DNA of 64,000 bases from an uncultured Gemmatimonadales bacterium. Lineage in GTDB: Bacteria; Gemmatimonadota; Gemmatimonadetes; Gemmatimonadales; GWC2-71-9. The position numbers were made by a program, and so were the translations under genes. Positions 20,142-33,068 of this stretch are shown here, piece by piece. Position 1 is the stretch's first letter; the number at the start of each line of letters is the position of its first letter. Location: assembly GCA_963821525.1 (NCBI GenBank), contig CAWGED010000019.1:960001-1024000 (forward strand), written 5' to 3'. Below the pieces are notes generated by a model. That model was not told where the DNA came from and searched no databases. It saw only the letters and a list, made by a program, of their open reading frames with translations.

Positions 20142-21829
20142 GAGAGAGTCGCGGTGGAGGCTTCGGTCCCCCGAAGCTCAGCGAATCGCGCCGTGTCGAG
20201 AATGCAGGCTACCCGACCGTCGCCCAGGATCGTGGCGCCGGAGATCGTCGGAGGCCGCCCCAGCGATGGATCGAGCGCCTTGACGACGACGTCCTGGTGC
20301 CCCAGCAAGCCATCAACCAGCATCCCCCGGCGCTTGGCGCCCGACCGGACGACTACGCAGTAGTTCCGGGAGGAGCGCGCTGTCCCACCCAGCACCTCCG
20401 CGGCATCGGACACCGGAATTACCTGGCCTCGCCAGAGCATCATTCCGTGCCCGGCGATTTCGTGAATTGCATCGTTCGTGACTCGCAGTGATTCCGCCAC
20501 GTCTCCCAGCGGCACGGCATAGCGCTCGCCATCAACCGCGACCAGCAGGGAGCGCAGCACAGCCAGGGTGAGCGGCAGGCTCATTGTGAACTTGGTGCCC
20601 TTCCCCGGCTCGCTCGTGACCTCGATGCTGCCACCCAGCGTACGAATCGAGTTGGCCACCACGTCGAGCCCGACGCCGCGTCCTGCCAGCGCAGAAACCT
20701 TCTCGGTGGTGGAAAGACCGGGCAGAAACGCCATCGCCAACACTTCTTCGCGCGACGGGGTCGCGTCCGCCGCGACCGCGCCCAGCTGTCTCGCCTTGTG
20801 CAGGATGCGCTCGGGATCGAGGCCTCTCCCGTCATCGGTGACCGTGAGGATGACCCGGTCCGAACGCTGAGCCGCCGAGAGCGTCACGGTTGCTTCGGCC
20901 GGCTTCCCGGCGCGCTCCCGATCCTCCGGCGATTCCAAACCGTGGATGATGGCGTTGGTGACCAGGTGGATGAGGGGCTCGCCCAGCCGATCGATGACCG
21001 TCTTGTCGAGCTGGGTCTCGCCACCCGAGGTCACCAGCCGAACTCGCTTCTCGTGCGCGTTAGCCACCTCGCGCACCAGCAGGTTGAAGCGGCCGAATAC
21101 GGTTGCAATGGACACCAGCCGGGTGGCCATGAGCGCACCCTCCAGCCGCTTCAATGTCTTTTCCAGCGATGTCAGCGCATGCTCCAGATCGGTGAAGCCC
21201 GCGCCTCGATGTCGGATGGCAAGGTCCCGTACCGCCTCCCGGAGACCCAGTCCCGCGATCATCGTCTCACCGAAGGTCTCCAGCAGCCCATCGAGCCGTC
21301 TGGCATCTACCCGAATCGTGCTCACCACTCCGTCGGAGCCAAGCTCTCCCACCTCCGAGCCGGTGCGGCGCTCGAACCTGCGCCGTTCGGGGTACGGGGC
21401 GGACGATGCCGCGCCGACGGACTCGGTTTGGATGAACTCGCGAGCCTCGCTGATGAAGTTCTCGCTGCGATCGGCTGAAAGCGGACCGCGGGCCGCGCGA
21501 CCCACCATCTCCACCAGAACACCGGCGCCCCGGAGCAGCAGGCCCGACGCCGCTGGTCGCAGGTCGGGCCGCTCTCCCAGGAAGGCGCAGACATCTTCCA
21601 TGCAGTGCGCGAGGGCCTGGATGGCCGTGAGGCCCATCATGGCCGAGTTGCCCTTCAAGGTGTGGAGGGAGCCTTTCAGCGTACCGAACAGCGGGTCGGC
21701 GGGGTCGCCTTCTTCCCAGCGCCCCTCGAGAGTGACCAGGGTATCCCCGACGGCCTGAGCGAGCGGAGCGCACTCCGCTACGTATTCCTCGAGCAGCTCC
21801 GCGAAGGGATTCCCGGCGTCGTCGTTCAT
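20138..21829 (-). CDS. cheA: Chemotaxis histidine kinase CheA (apparently without a P2 domain)
   Basis: HPt LHTLKGNS, IRVDARRLD, HLVTNAIIHGLE, DDGRG, GRGVGLDVV, C-terminal CheW domain. Confidence 0.95.
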   Translation of the reverse strand: MNDDAGNPFAELLEEYVAECAPLAQAVGDTLVTLEGRWEEGDPADPLFGTLKGSLHTLKGNSAMMGLTAIQALAHCMEDVCAFLGERPDLRPAASGLLLRGAGVLVEMVGRAARGPLSADRSENFISEAREFIQTESVGAASSAPYPERRRFERRTGSEVGELGSDGVVSTIRVDARRLDGLLETFGETMIAGLGLREAVRDLAIRHRGAGFTDLEHALTSLEKTLKRLEGALMATRLVSIATVFGRFNLLVREVANAHEKRVRLVTSGGETQLDKTVIDRLGEPLIHLVTNAIIHGLESPEDRERAGKPAEATVTLSAAQRSDRVILTVTDDGRGLDPERILHKARQLGAVAADATPSREEVLAMAFLPGLSTTEKVSALAGRGVGLDVVANSIRTLGGSIEVTSEPGKGTKFTMSLPLTLAVLRSLLVAVDGERYAVPLGDVAESLRVTNDAIHEIAGHGMMLWRGQVIPVSDAAEVLGGTARSSRNYCVVVRSGAKRRGMLVDGLLGHQDVVVKALDPSLGRPPTISGATILGDGRVACILDTARFAELRGTEASTATLS

Positions 21830-21830
21830 C

Positions 21831-22229
21831 TCAGGTCCGAACGCCGCGCGCGCGGGCCCGCTCCACCAGCTCGGTGAGTTGGGCAGGAGTAAAAGGCTTG
21901 CGAAGGTACTCCCAAGCGCCGGCCGCCCTGCCTCTCGCCTCGTCCTCGGCGCTGTCTTCAGTAGTCACCAGCACAACCGGGATGTGAGGATGCAGGTTTT
22001 CCGATCGACGCCGCTCCAGGAACTCCAGTCCGTTCATCTCCGGCATGTTGAGGTCGAGGAAGACCATCTCGATTTCGGGATGAGTGGTAAACAGCGCGTA
22101 TCCCTCGCGACCGTTCTTGGCGTGCAGGAGCGTACTTCCCGCCAGCGCGCCTTTGGCGAAGACGAGCATATACATCTGGTGGTGGAGGCGGGAATCATCG
22201 ACCACCAGGAAGACAGGTTTGGCGCTCAT
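21831..22229 (-). CDS. Single-domain response regulator (CheY-like)
   Basis: VVDDS, LDLNMPEMNG, VTTE, YLRKPF. Confidence 0.9.
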   Translation of the reverse strand: MSAKPVFLVVDDSRLHHQMYMLVFAKGALAGSTLLHAKNGREGYALFTTHPEIEMVFLDLNMPEMNGLEFLERRRSENLHPHIPVVLVTTEDSAEDEARGRAAGAWEYLRKPFTPAQLTELVERARARGVRT

Positions 22230-22609
22230 CCGATGCGCTCCGGGATGACCTGGCGAATGACTTCGCGCAGCTCGTTCGGCCGCCACGGCTTGCGCACGAC
22301 CGCCGAGACCCCCAGCGCTCGCGCGTGCTGGAGCAGCGAAGAGTCTTCCGGTTCCGCGGTGGTGAGAACGATTGGAATGGAATCGAACTCGTGCCCGCTC
22401 TTGCGCAGGGCCTCGATGAACTCGACCCCGTCCATGTCGGGCATGCGAAGATCCAGCAGGATCAGGTCGTACGGCGCGGTGGAGTCGTTGATGAGCTGAA
22501 GCGCGTCACGGCCGTTGAGGGCCGTGATCATCACGTGCTCCCGCTTGGAGAAAACCAGGCCGTACATTTTTTGTACGAGCGGAGAATCCTCGACGATCAA
22601 TATTTTCAT
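22226..22609 (-). CDS. Single-domain response regulator (CheY-like)
   Basis: MKILIVEDS, LDLRMPDMDG, LTTAE, KPW. Confidence 0.9.
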   Translation of the reverse strand: MKILIVEDSPLVQKMYGLVFSKREHVMITALNGRDALQLINDSTAPYDLILLDLRMPDMDGVEFIEALRKSGHEFDSIPIVLTTAEPEDSSLLQHARALGVSAVVRKPWRPNELREVIRQVIPERIG

Positions 22610-22931
22610 GGCGCGATCGTCCCCCCGGTCGAGATTGCCGACAACTCTCTGTGATTGGTTCGAGGGTGGGAGGGGCAAGAAGCAGGCCCGCCGTTGTCGA
22701 GTTTTTGAACAGCTCGGATGGCGAGCAATCTCGGAGGGAAATGCGAGGCCGGACCCCTATCTCCACACAGGACCTAAGTCCAAGCCGCAACGCACGAAGG
22801 AGGTCCGCGACCGGAGCGCGAATAAGGCGCAATGCCTGGCTGGGCAAACAACTTCATGAAGCGAATTATCGGACGGGACGGCGGGTCAGTCTGAGGATTT
22901 CCGGGCTTGCAGGACGCGAGGAGCGGCTGGC

Positions 22932-23486
22932 TTAGCGAACCAGGACCGGGATGGGATGAAGCACCTCGCCATCCTCCCCTTTGGCCGCCGCATCGATCGA
23001 ATCGCGGTCCCAGATGACCAGTGCGATCAGATCCTTCGAACCGGCGAACGTTTCGAGGTCCTGCTTGGCCAGGATCGGTTCCTTCAGCGGCCGGTTGAGC
23101 GTATCGGCTCGGTAGGGATGGGTGTGAAAAGTTCCTACGAGACCCGGAGTCCCTTCGCAATCACCCGTAACTGCGAACTGCAGCTGTTTCATGTTTCGCG
23201 CGGGCGTCCACCCCTCCACCCGCAACGTATCGCCCGCGCGACTCCCGGTGAGACAGCCGAGGTACTCGCGCTGAGTCGGACGCACAGTGCCCAGCATCTT
23301 CTCGAGCTGGGTCAGATCCTGAAGCTCGTCCCAGTGTTCGTTGGAACGATCGAAGATCGCGTTCATGGAGTCCGCGACCGGCCGCGACAGCAGGATGACC
23401 GGTTGGCCCCGGGAACAACCGAGGACGCACAGCAGTCCCAACGCCGAGAATGTGCCCATCTGACCGAACCGCTCGAGCGCACGCAT
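22932..23486 (-). CDS. Putative lipoprotein with JAB/MPN-like motif
   Basis: C-terminal part of ORF 22932..24296: LLCVLG-C signal, REYLGCLTG, VGTFHTHP...KQD. Confidence 0.6.
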   Translation of the reverse strand: MRALERFGQMGTFSALGLLCVLGCSRGQPVILLSRPVADSMNAIFDRSNEHWDELQDLTQLEKMLGTVRPTQREYLGCLTGSRAGDTLRVEGWTPARNMKQLQFAVTGDCEGTPGLVGTFHTHPYRADTLNRPLKEPILAKQDLETFAGSKDLIALVIWDRDSIDAAAKGEDGEVLHPIPVLVR

Positions 23487-23570
23487 TTCGAAGAGTAGCT
23501 GAATCGGGGCCGATTGAAACTGGCGCCGTGATGGATACCTTGAGAGCGTCCTCCCACCCAGGAACCCTCG

Positions 23571-24291
23571 ATGCCGGCCGCCGACACGACGCCCAGCGCC
23601 TTTACCGACGCGCTCGAAATTTTCTACGCTCCATCGGAGGTCTTCGAACGCCGCAAACTGGAGCCAGCTTTCGGCCTGCCCCTGATCATCCTGGTGCTGG
23701 GGATCGGCATCCTGTTCTTCGCGTCGCGAAGCGCGATGGATCCGATCTTCGACGCGGAGTTCAAGCGTGGATTTGCGGCGGCGATGAAGCAGAACCCGCA
23801 GCTCACCTCGGAAATGGAGGCGCAGGCCAGGGAAACATCCAGGAAGTTTGTGCCGGTCTTTGTGATGGGCTACGCGTTTTTCGCCCCCTTCTTTGTCGGC
23901 TTTTTCCTGTGGCTCGCCGGCAAGCTGGTTGGAGCCAAGCAGGAACTGGCCGCGGCTTGCATGGTAGCCACGTTCGCGCTGTATCCCCGGATCCTGGAAG
24001 GGATCGTCAACGCGCTCCAGGCCCTGCTTCTTCCCGAGGAATCGCTGGTAGGCAGGTACAGCGTGACGCTCGGGCTCGGTCGCTTCTTTAATCCCGATAC
24101 TGCCAACCCCCTTCTGCTGGCGCTGATCGGCCGTATCGATGTATTCACTATCTGGGTGACTGTCCTTCTCGCCATTGGCCTGTCCATCACCGGCAAGATC
24201 CCCCGGACCCAGGCCGCGCTGGCCGCGGCACATCGTGTGGTTGATAGGAGCCTTGCTCCCCGTATTGGGCGCCATCCGCGCGATGGGCTGA
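23571..24291 (+). CDS. Yip1-family membrane protein; frameshift near 24230
   Basis: IFYAPSEVFE, multiple TM helices, IDVFTIWVTVLLAIGL; final helix IVWLIGALLPVLG lies in another frame. Confidence 0.75.
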
Positions 24292-24310
24292 ACCACCGTC
24301 AGGAGTACCC

Positions 24311-24586
24311 ATGAAAATCAAGCGCGGGACCATCATCACACTCGTTGCCGTGGCTCTTTTCGGCGCCCTGCTGCTCTTCAATACGCTTTCGGCACAGAAG
24401 GCTGAGTGCAACGTGTGCGTCGAGTTCAACGGTAAGCGCAACTGCGCAGCGGCCTCGCACGAAAACCAGGAGGAGGCCACCCGATCAGCTCAGAACACCG
24501 CGTGTGGTGTCCTGGCCAGCGGCATGAATGAGTCAATCGCGTGCGGGAGAGCCAAGCCAGTCTCGGTCCAGTGCCGCACCAAATGA
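24311..24586 (+). CDS. Small exported six-cysteine protein
   Basis: AGGAG SD, N-terminal hydrophobic helix, ECNVC...NC...AC...AC...QC; stop overlaps the next ATG. Confidence 0.75.
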   Translation: MKIKRGTIITLVAVALFGALLLFNTLSAQKAECNVCVEFNGKRNCAAASHENQEEATRSAQNTACGVLASGMNESIACGRAKPVSVQCRTK

Positions 24587-25930
24587 AAGGAATCCACGCC
24601 CGCTTCCCTCACCCCCTGACGCTTCTCGTCGGCTGCCTCCTCGTCGCGGCAGCCCTCACCTACATCCTTCCCCCCGGGGAGTACCAACGGCACGAAGATC
24701 CCATCACCCACCGCGACGTCGTCGTACCCGGGACCTTCGCCCCGGTAGAGCGCTCTCCGGTCAATCTGTTCCAGGCGGCAGTGGCAATCCCGCGCGGAAT
24801 GGCCGACGCCGCCTCGGTGGTCTTCCTCGTGTTCCTCATAGGCGGTGCGTTCACTGTCGTAGACCGGACCGGAGCACTCCGCACGGCGATCGGCGCCCTG
24901 GTTCGCAAACTCGACCGGCGGGAAACTCTCGTCATCCCCGTCTCCTGTGCCGCCTTCGCGCTGGGTGGCGCGCTCGAGAACATGCAGGAGGAGATCATCG
25001 CCTTCGTTCCTCTCCTCCTCCTGCTGACCCGGCGACTCGGCTTTGACGCGCTCACCGCGGTCGCGATGAGTCTGGGTGCGGCAGCGGTCGCTGCATCATT
25101 CAGCCCGATCAACCCGTTCCAGGCTCAGATCGCCCAGAAGCTGGCACAGCTCCCCCTCGGCTCGGGATGGGAGTTCCGTACCACCCTGATGCTGCTGGCG
25201 CTCGGCTTCTGGACCTGGGGCGTGACCCGGCATGCACGCCGGACCCGGAGGCCTCCCGAGGCTCGTCGAGCTGGAGGCCGGAGCATCACTCGGCTGGCGC
25301 ACTCCGCTGATTCTGCTTTCGGTGCTGGGAGCGTTCTCGGTGTTCCTTTACGGAATCCTCAGACTGGGATGGGATTTCGATCAGCTGTCCGCAGTCTTCT
25401 TCATCATGGGAGTCGTTGCGGGATTACTGGGCAGGCTCGGTATTCGAGGGACCGTCGACGCGTTCGTCGAAGGCTTCAGATCCATGACGCTGGCGGCTCT
25501 CCTGATCGGGTTTGCCCGCGCCATTTCGGTGGTACTCGAGCAGGGCAGGATTCTCGATACGATCGTTCACGGGTTGTCCGCCCCGCTGGCGAACCTCCCA
25601 CCGGCCGTCTCCGCCATCGGCATCATGGCGGTGGAGGCCGGGATTCACGTGCCGGTCCCCAGTGTGAGCGGTGAGGCCGTGCTCACCCTTCCCGTTCTGG
25701 TTCCCCTCTCCGACCTGATCGGCTTATCCCGGCAGGTGACTGTGCTGGCCTACCAGTATGGCGCGGGGCTGTGCGAGCTGGTTACTCCGACTAACGGCGC
25801 CCTCATGGCCATGCTCGCCGCCGCCGGCGTTGGCTACGATGACTGGCTCAAGGCCTTCGCCAAGCTGGTCGGCGGGCTGGCTCTCATCGGCATCGCCGCG
25901 ATCATCCTCGCCATCGCCATTTCACTCTAG
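24583..25930 (+). CDS. YfcC/DcuC-like (C4-dicarboxylate anaerobic carrier family) transporter; frameshift near 25255
   Basis: FPHPLTLL, LPPGEYQR, MQEEIIAF, PINPF, PSVSGEAVLTLPVLVPLSDLIG, QYGAG...PTNG. Confidence 0.85.
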
Positions 25931-26363
25931 GGGTCATCACGGATCTCGTTAGCGATCACCTGGCGCCGTAGCCACGAGCACTGAACTGTCGCCGCAGGGT
26001 GCAGGCTCAGCCTGAAAATCGCGAGGAGGAGGAATCCGGCGGCTCCGACACCAAGGCGGTCAGCGTTCGCCCCGGGGGCCGGCAGGGCTCCGGGCTTTGA
26101 GGGACAATTGGTCCAGGTCTGGGCGATTCTGCTCGGTCAGCGATGAAGTGACTCAGCCCTGCTTCTCCCAGAGGACGGGTCACCACTTGCTTGCCACGGG
26201 GGAGGATTGGGCTATCCTTTTGCTGTCGGTAACGCGCTGCCGGACTGAGACTTATCGATGTCCGTCGATGTAACGGAGTCTGGCCCATGTGGCACTAACG
26301 TTGCGTCTTACGCGTCTACAGATGGTAGAGGAATGCCGCAGTGACGCGAAAAAGGGTGCTTCG

Positions 26364-26795
26364 ATGAGTGAGTTGACCATCCGGGAAATGGAAAACGGCG
26401 AAGAGTTCGCCGAATGGTTCTCCGACCTCACGTTGCGGGAGGAGCAGGAGACGGGTGACGGCGTTCACCTGGAGGAGCGTTTCCTGGTCCTGAGCAACGA
26501 AATCGGCGATTGGATCGGCGGACTCCGCTACTCCATGCGCGGCGGGGTCGCTCACATCCTGGACATCGCAGTGACGCCGGAAGAGCGGCACCTTGGTCAC
26601 GGCCACTTGCTGGTCAGCGCTTTCGAGACCCGTGCTCGGGAGTCGGGCGCCCACTTGGCGGAATTCTGGACCGACGACCTTCGCGATGAGGGTGAGTTCA
26701 TCCTGAACGGTTGGCATCGCGTTATGAAGCGCGACGAGTACTTTGGCGGTAAGACGTGGTACCTCATGGAGAAGCGGCTGACCCCGGCGGCCTGA
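26364..26795 (+). CDS. GNAT-family N-acetyltransferase
   Basis: ILDIAVTPEERHLGHGHLLV acetyl-CoA motif A; ends YLMEKRL. Confidence 0.75.
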   Translation: MSELTIREMENGEEFAEWFSDLTLREEQETGDGVHLEERFLVLSNEIGDWIGGLRYSMRGGVAHILDIAVTPEERHLGHGHLLVSAFETRARESGAHLAEFWTDDLRDEGEFILNGWHRVMKRDEYFGGKTWYLMEKRLTPAA

Positions 26796-26933
26796 TTCCG
26801 GGCAGGGCGCTCCGGCGCCAGATTCCGACCTTCCCCCCAGCCTCCAACTGCTCCACATTACAAGTGTTGACTGCCCGACCGTGGGCCTTCCACGGAGGTC
26901 GCTCTTGTATCGCATCGAACCAGGGATTGACTT

Positions 26934-27908
26934 GTGACCCTCACGGCCACTGCCAAGGCTTTCTTTACCAAGGTCGAGGTGCTTCGCGACCTTGAGGCCA
27001 AGGTCCACGAGATGATGGAGGCCCACGTACGCAAGCGGAACCTCTGGTTCCCCAGCGACCTTCTGGAGCCTCCCCCGGGTGAATCGGCGGACGATCATGT
27101 GGTCATGCTTCGCAAGCGCGCCACCGGCATTCCGGATTCGGCCCGCGCAGCCCTCGCCCTGAATACCCTGACCGAAGAAGGGTTGCCTCATTTCCACCGG
27201 CTGCTGGCGGTGCACTTGGGCGAGGATAGCCACTGGCGTCGCTGGAACAACATGTGGACCGCGGAAGAGGATAGGCATGGGGCTGTACTGCACGACTACT
27301 TGCGAGACACCCGGCTTCTCAATCAGCGGCGTCTCGAGGAAATGCAGTATTCCTATCTTGAGAGCGGCTTTCATCCCGACTGGGACACGGATCCCTACCG
27401 GGTCTTTGTCTACACCACCCTGCAGGAACGGGCCACCCAGGTGTCGCACAGCGGCACAGGGCGAGCCGTCGCGGACTACGAGCCGCTGCTGAACGAAGTG
27501 CTCTCCAACGTCGCGCTCGACGAAGCCCGGCACTTCGCCTTCTACCGGTCGGTTTTCGAGGAAATTCTGAAGCGGGATCCGGACCAGGCCCTGCACTCGG
27601 CCTCGTTCATCATGCCGAGTATCGAGATGCCGGGCCATACGATGCCGGGTTTCCGGGAAATCGCGGATGTGATTAGGCGGGCCGGGATTTACGGTCCACG
27701 AGACTACCTGCGGATTGTGCAGGAGCAGATCCAATACTGGAGGATCGAAACGCTGACCGGCCTGGGGGAAATGGGACGGCTCGCCCAGGAAAAGATCGCG
27801 GGAATTCCCGACCGGCTCCGCCGCATTGCCGAGCACATCGAATCGCGCACCAAGTCCAAGACGTTCGCCTTCGACGTCGTGTTCAATCGTGAATTCGCGA
27901 TGGAGTAG
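26934..27908 (+). CDS. Acyl-ACP desaturase (soluble di-iron, DesA/plant type)
   Basis: WFPSDLL, LTEEGLP, WTAEEDRHG, YTTLQERAT, DEARH, MPG. Confidence 0.92.
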   Translation: MTLTATAKAFFTKVEVLRDLEAKVHEMMEAHVRKRNLWFPSDLLEPPPGESADDHVVMLRKRATGIPDSARAALALNTLTEEGLPHFHRLLAVHLGEDSHWRRWNNMWTAEEDRHGAVLHDYLRDTRLLNQRRLEEMQYSYLESGFHPDWDTDPYRVFVYTTLQERATQVSHSGTGRAVADYEPLLNEVLSNVALDEARHFAFYRSVFEEILKRDPDQALHSASFIMPSIEMPGHTMPGFREIADVIRRAGIYGPRDYLRIVQEQIQYWRIETLTGLGEMGRLAQEKIAGIPDRLRRIAEHIESRTKSKTFAFDVVFNREFAME

Positions 27909-28356
27909 CTCGCGGATCCGCAAGTTCGGCTGGACCATCGTCGCCGGCCTGATCGTCGCGTGCGGAGCCAAGAAGGCGACCGGCAAGGATTCCGGTGGAA
28001 AACACCCGACCGATCCCATGCAGGCGGATGCGGAAGAGCTGGGTCGGGCGCTCTTCGACGCGGTTGATCGCGTCATGTCCTACCGCAGTTCCCACCAGAA
28101 CATGCTTCCCAATTCACTCCGCACAGCAGGCATCGACAGCCTGAGCCCGACCATCGTCCTCCGCTATGGGAAGTCCGGCACATCTCCGCAGGTGACCGCC
28201 ACCTTCCGGCGTACTTCGGGCCGGCAGTTAGCCAGCTGCGAGGGGACCAACGACGTGCTCGAGGATGCCAGCCTGCATGAGGGGGCCTACACCATAACCT
28301 GCACGTTGGTTGGTGGCGGGAGCCGGGGCTTCACTGTGGGCCGCCCTTCGGAATAG
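27889..28356 (+). CDS. Hypothetical lipoprotein
   Basis: RIRKFGWTIVAGLIVA-C signal after an in-frame GTG; start uncertain. Confidence 0.55.
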   Translation: MNSRWSSSRIRKFGWTIVAGLIVACGAKKATGKDSGGKHPTDPMQADAEELGRALFDAVDRVMSYRSSHQNMLPNSLRTAGIDSLSPTIVLRYGKSGTSPQVTATFRRTSGRQLASCEGTNDVLEDASLHEGAYTITCTLVGGGSRGFTVGRPSE

Positions 28357-28375
28357 CCTTCCATCGTACTCTCCG

Positions 28376-28945
28376 ATGATTGAAGTCATCCAGATCGCGC
28401 GACTCCTCGTCGCCGTCGTCTGCCTCGGCGCCGCGGTTGTTGGCCTGACCCACTGGGCCGTGAAGGCCAAGAAGCTGAGTCCCTTCGGCGGCTTCGCCCG
28501 AGCCATTCGCAAAGTCAGCGACCCCATCATCAAGCCGTTGGAGCGACGGATCGTCCGATCCGGTGGCAACCCGGTGAATGCGCCGTGGTGGCTGTTCTGG
28601 ATCGTGGTGATCGGCGGATTGGTCTTCCTGAGCTTGCTGCAGTGGTCTCTGGGGACCCTGGTCTCGCTGGGGTATGCCGCCCAGGCCGGGCCACGGGGAG
28701 TCCTGCGCTTCCTGGTGGATGGGCTATTCGGACTGTTGATCGCCTGCGTGTTGATCCGCGTCATCGCATCCTGGCTCGGCATCTCGAGCTACGCCAAGTG
28801 GATGAGGCCGATCGCCTTTCTTACCGACTGGCTGCTCGAGCCGCTGCGGCGACTGATACCGCCCCTCGGGATGTTCGACATCAGCCCCCTGGTCGCCTGG
28901 TTGCTCCTCATTCTCGCCCGCTCACTCGTGCTGGGCCTGCTGTAA
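28376..28945 (+). CDS. yggT: YggT-family membrane protein (two YGGT units)
   Basis: KVSDPIIKPLERR and LTDWLLEPLRRLIPPLGMFDISPLVA. Confidence 0.88.
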   Translation: MIEVIQIARLLVAVVCLGAAVVGLTHWAVKAKKLSPFGGFARAIRKVSDPIIKPLERRIVRSGGNPVNAPWWLFWIVVIGGLVFLSLLQWSLGTLVSLGYAAQAGPRGVLRFLVDGLFGLLIACVLIRVIASWLGISSYAKWMRPIAFLTDWLLEPLRRLIPPLGMFDISPLVAWLLLILARSLVLGLL

Positions 28946-28949
28946 ACCG

Positions 28950-29243
28950 ATGCCACCGGTTGACGAAGTGCCCGGCGGCGTGAGACTCACGATTCACGCT
29001 CAGCCACGAGCGGCTCTCAACCAGGTGGTCGGACTTCACGGTGATGCGGTCAAAGTCCGTCTGACGGCGCCGCCAGTGGACGGTGCCGCGAACCAGGCCC
29101 TGGTGCAGCTGCTGTCCATGGTTCTCGGTGTCGCGCCAGCGCGAGTCCGGCTCACCGCTGGAAGTGCGGCTCGGCGGAAAATCGTCGAAATAGCCGGCCT
29201 GACCTCCAGGGAGGCACGAGAGCGGCTCGGACTTGGCGGTTAG
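28950..29243 (+). CDS. yggU: DUF167/YggU-family protein
   Basis: HAQPRA, KVRLTAPPVDGAAN, G..ARRKIVEI. Confidence 0.9.
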   Translation: MPPVDEVPGGVRLTIHAQPRAALNQVVGLHGDAVKVRLTAPPVDGAANQALVQLLSMVLGVAPARVRLTAGSAARRKIVEIAGLTSREARERLGLGG

Positions 29244-29280
29244 GTGTCTGATGGGCTATCTTAGGTGAGGTGACAATTGA

Positions 29281-29332
29281 CGTCGTGGTGATTTGCGCCT
29301 ATTGCAGCCACGTTAAACAAGTGCTAAAACAG
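29281..29332 (+). ncRNA. SAM-II (SAM-alpha type) riboswitch aptamer
   Basis: CGTGG-TGATTTG-n5-ATTGCAG-CCACG-TTAAACAAGT-GCTAAAA matches the SAM-II pseudoknot consensus and lies directly upstream of metH. Confidence 0.88.
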
Positions 29333-29336
29333 CCGC

Positions 29337-29368
29337 CCCCGGGTGCCGTTTTGGCCTCGGGGATTTTT
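29337..29368 (+). terminator. Intrinsic terminator-like hairpin in the metH leader
   Basis: CCCCGGG(T)GCC-GTTTT-GGCCTCGGGG followed by ATTTTT. Confidence 0.65.
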
Positions 29369-29375
29369 CATCATT

Positions 29376-33064
<3,689 letters not shown>

Positions 33065-33068
<4 letters not shown>

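Noticed and set aside
22838..22870. GGGCAAAC as the start of a c-di-GMP-I riboswitch
   Set aside because: Wrong strand for the che operon, and no GNRA/receptor second stem follows.
22932..24296. 454-aa ORF as a single protein
   Set aside because: The upstream two-thirds is antisense to the Yip1 gene; only the part from about 23486 looks like a real protein.
25931..26363. 430-bp gap as a hidden gene or ncRNA
   Set aside because: Only short motif-less ORFs and no convincing structure found by eye.
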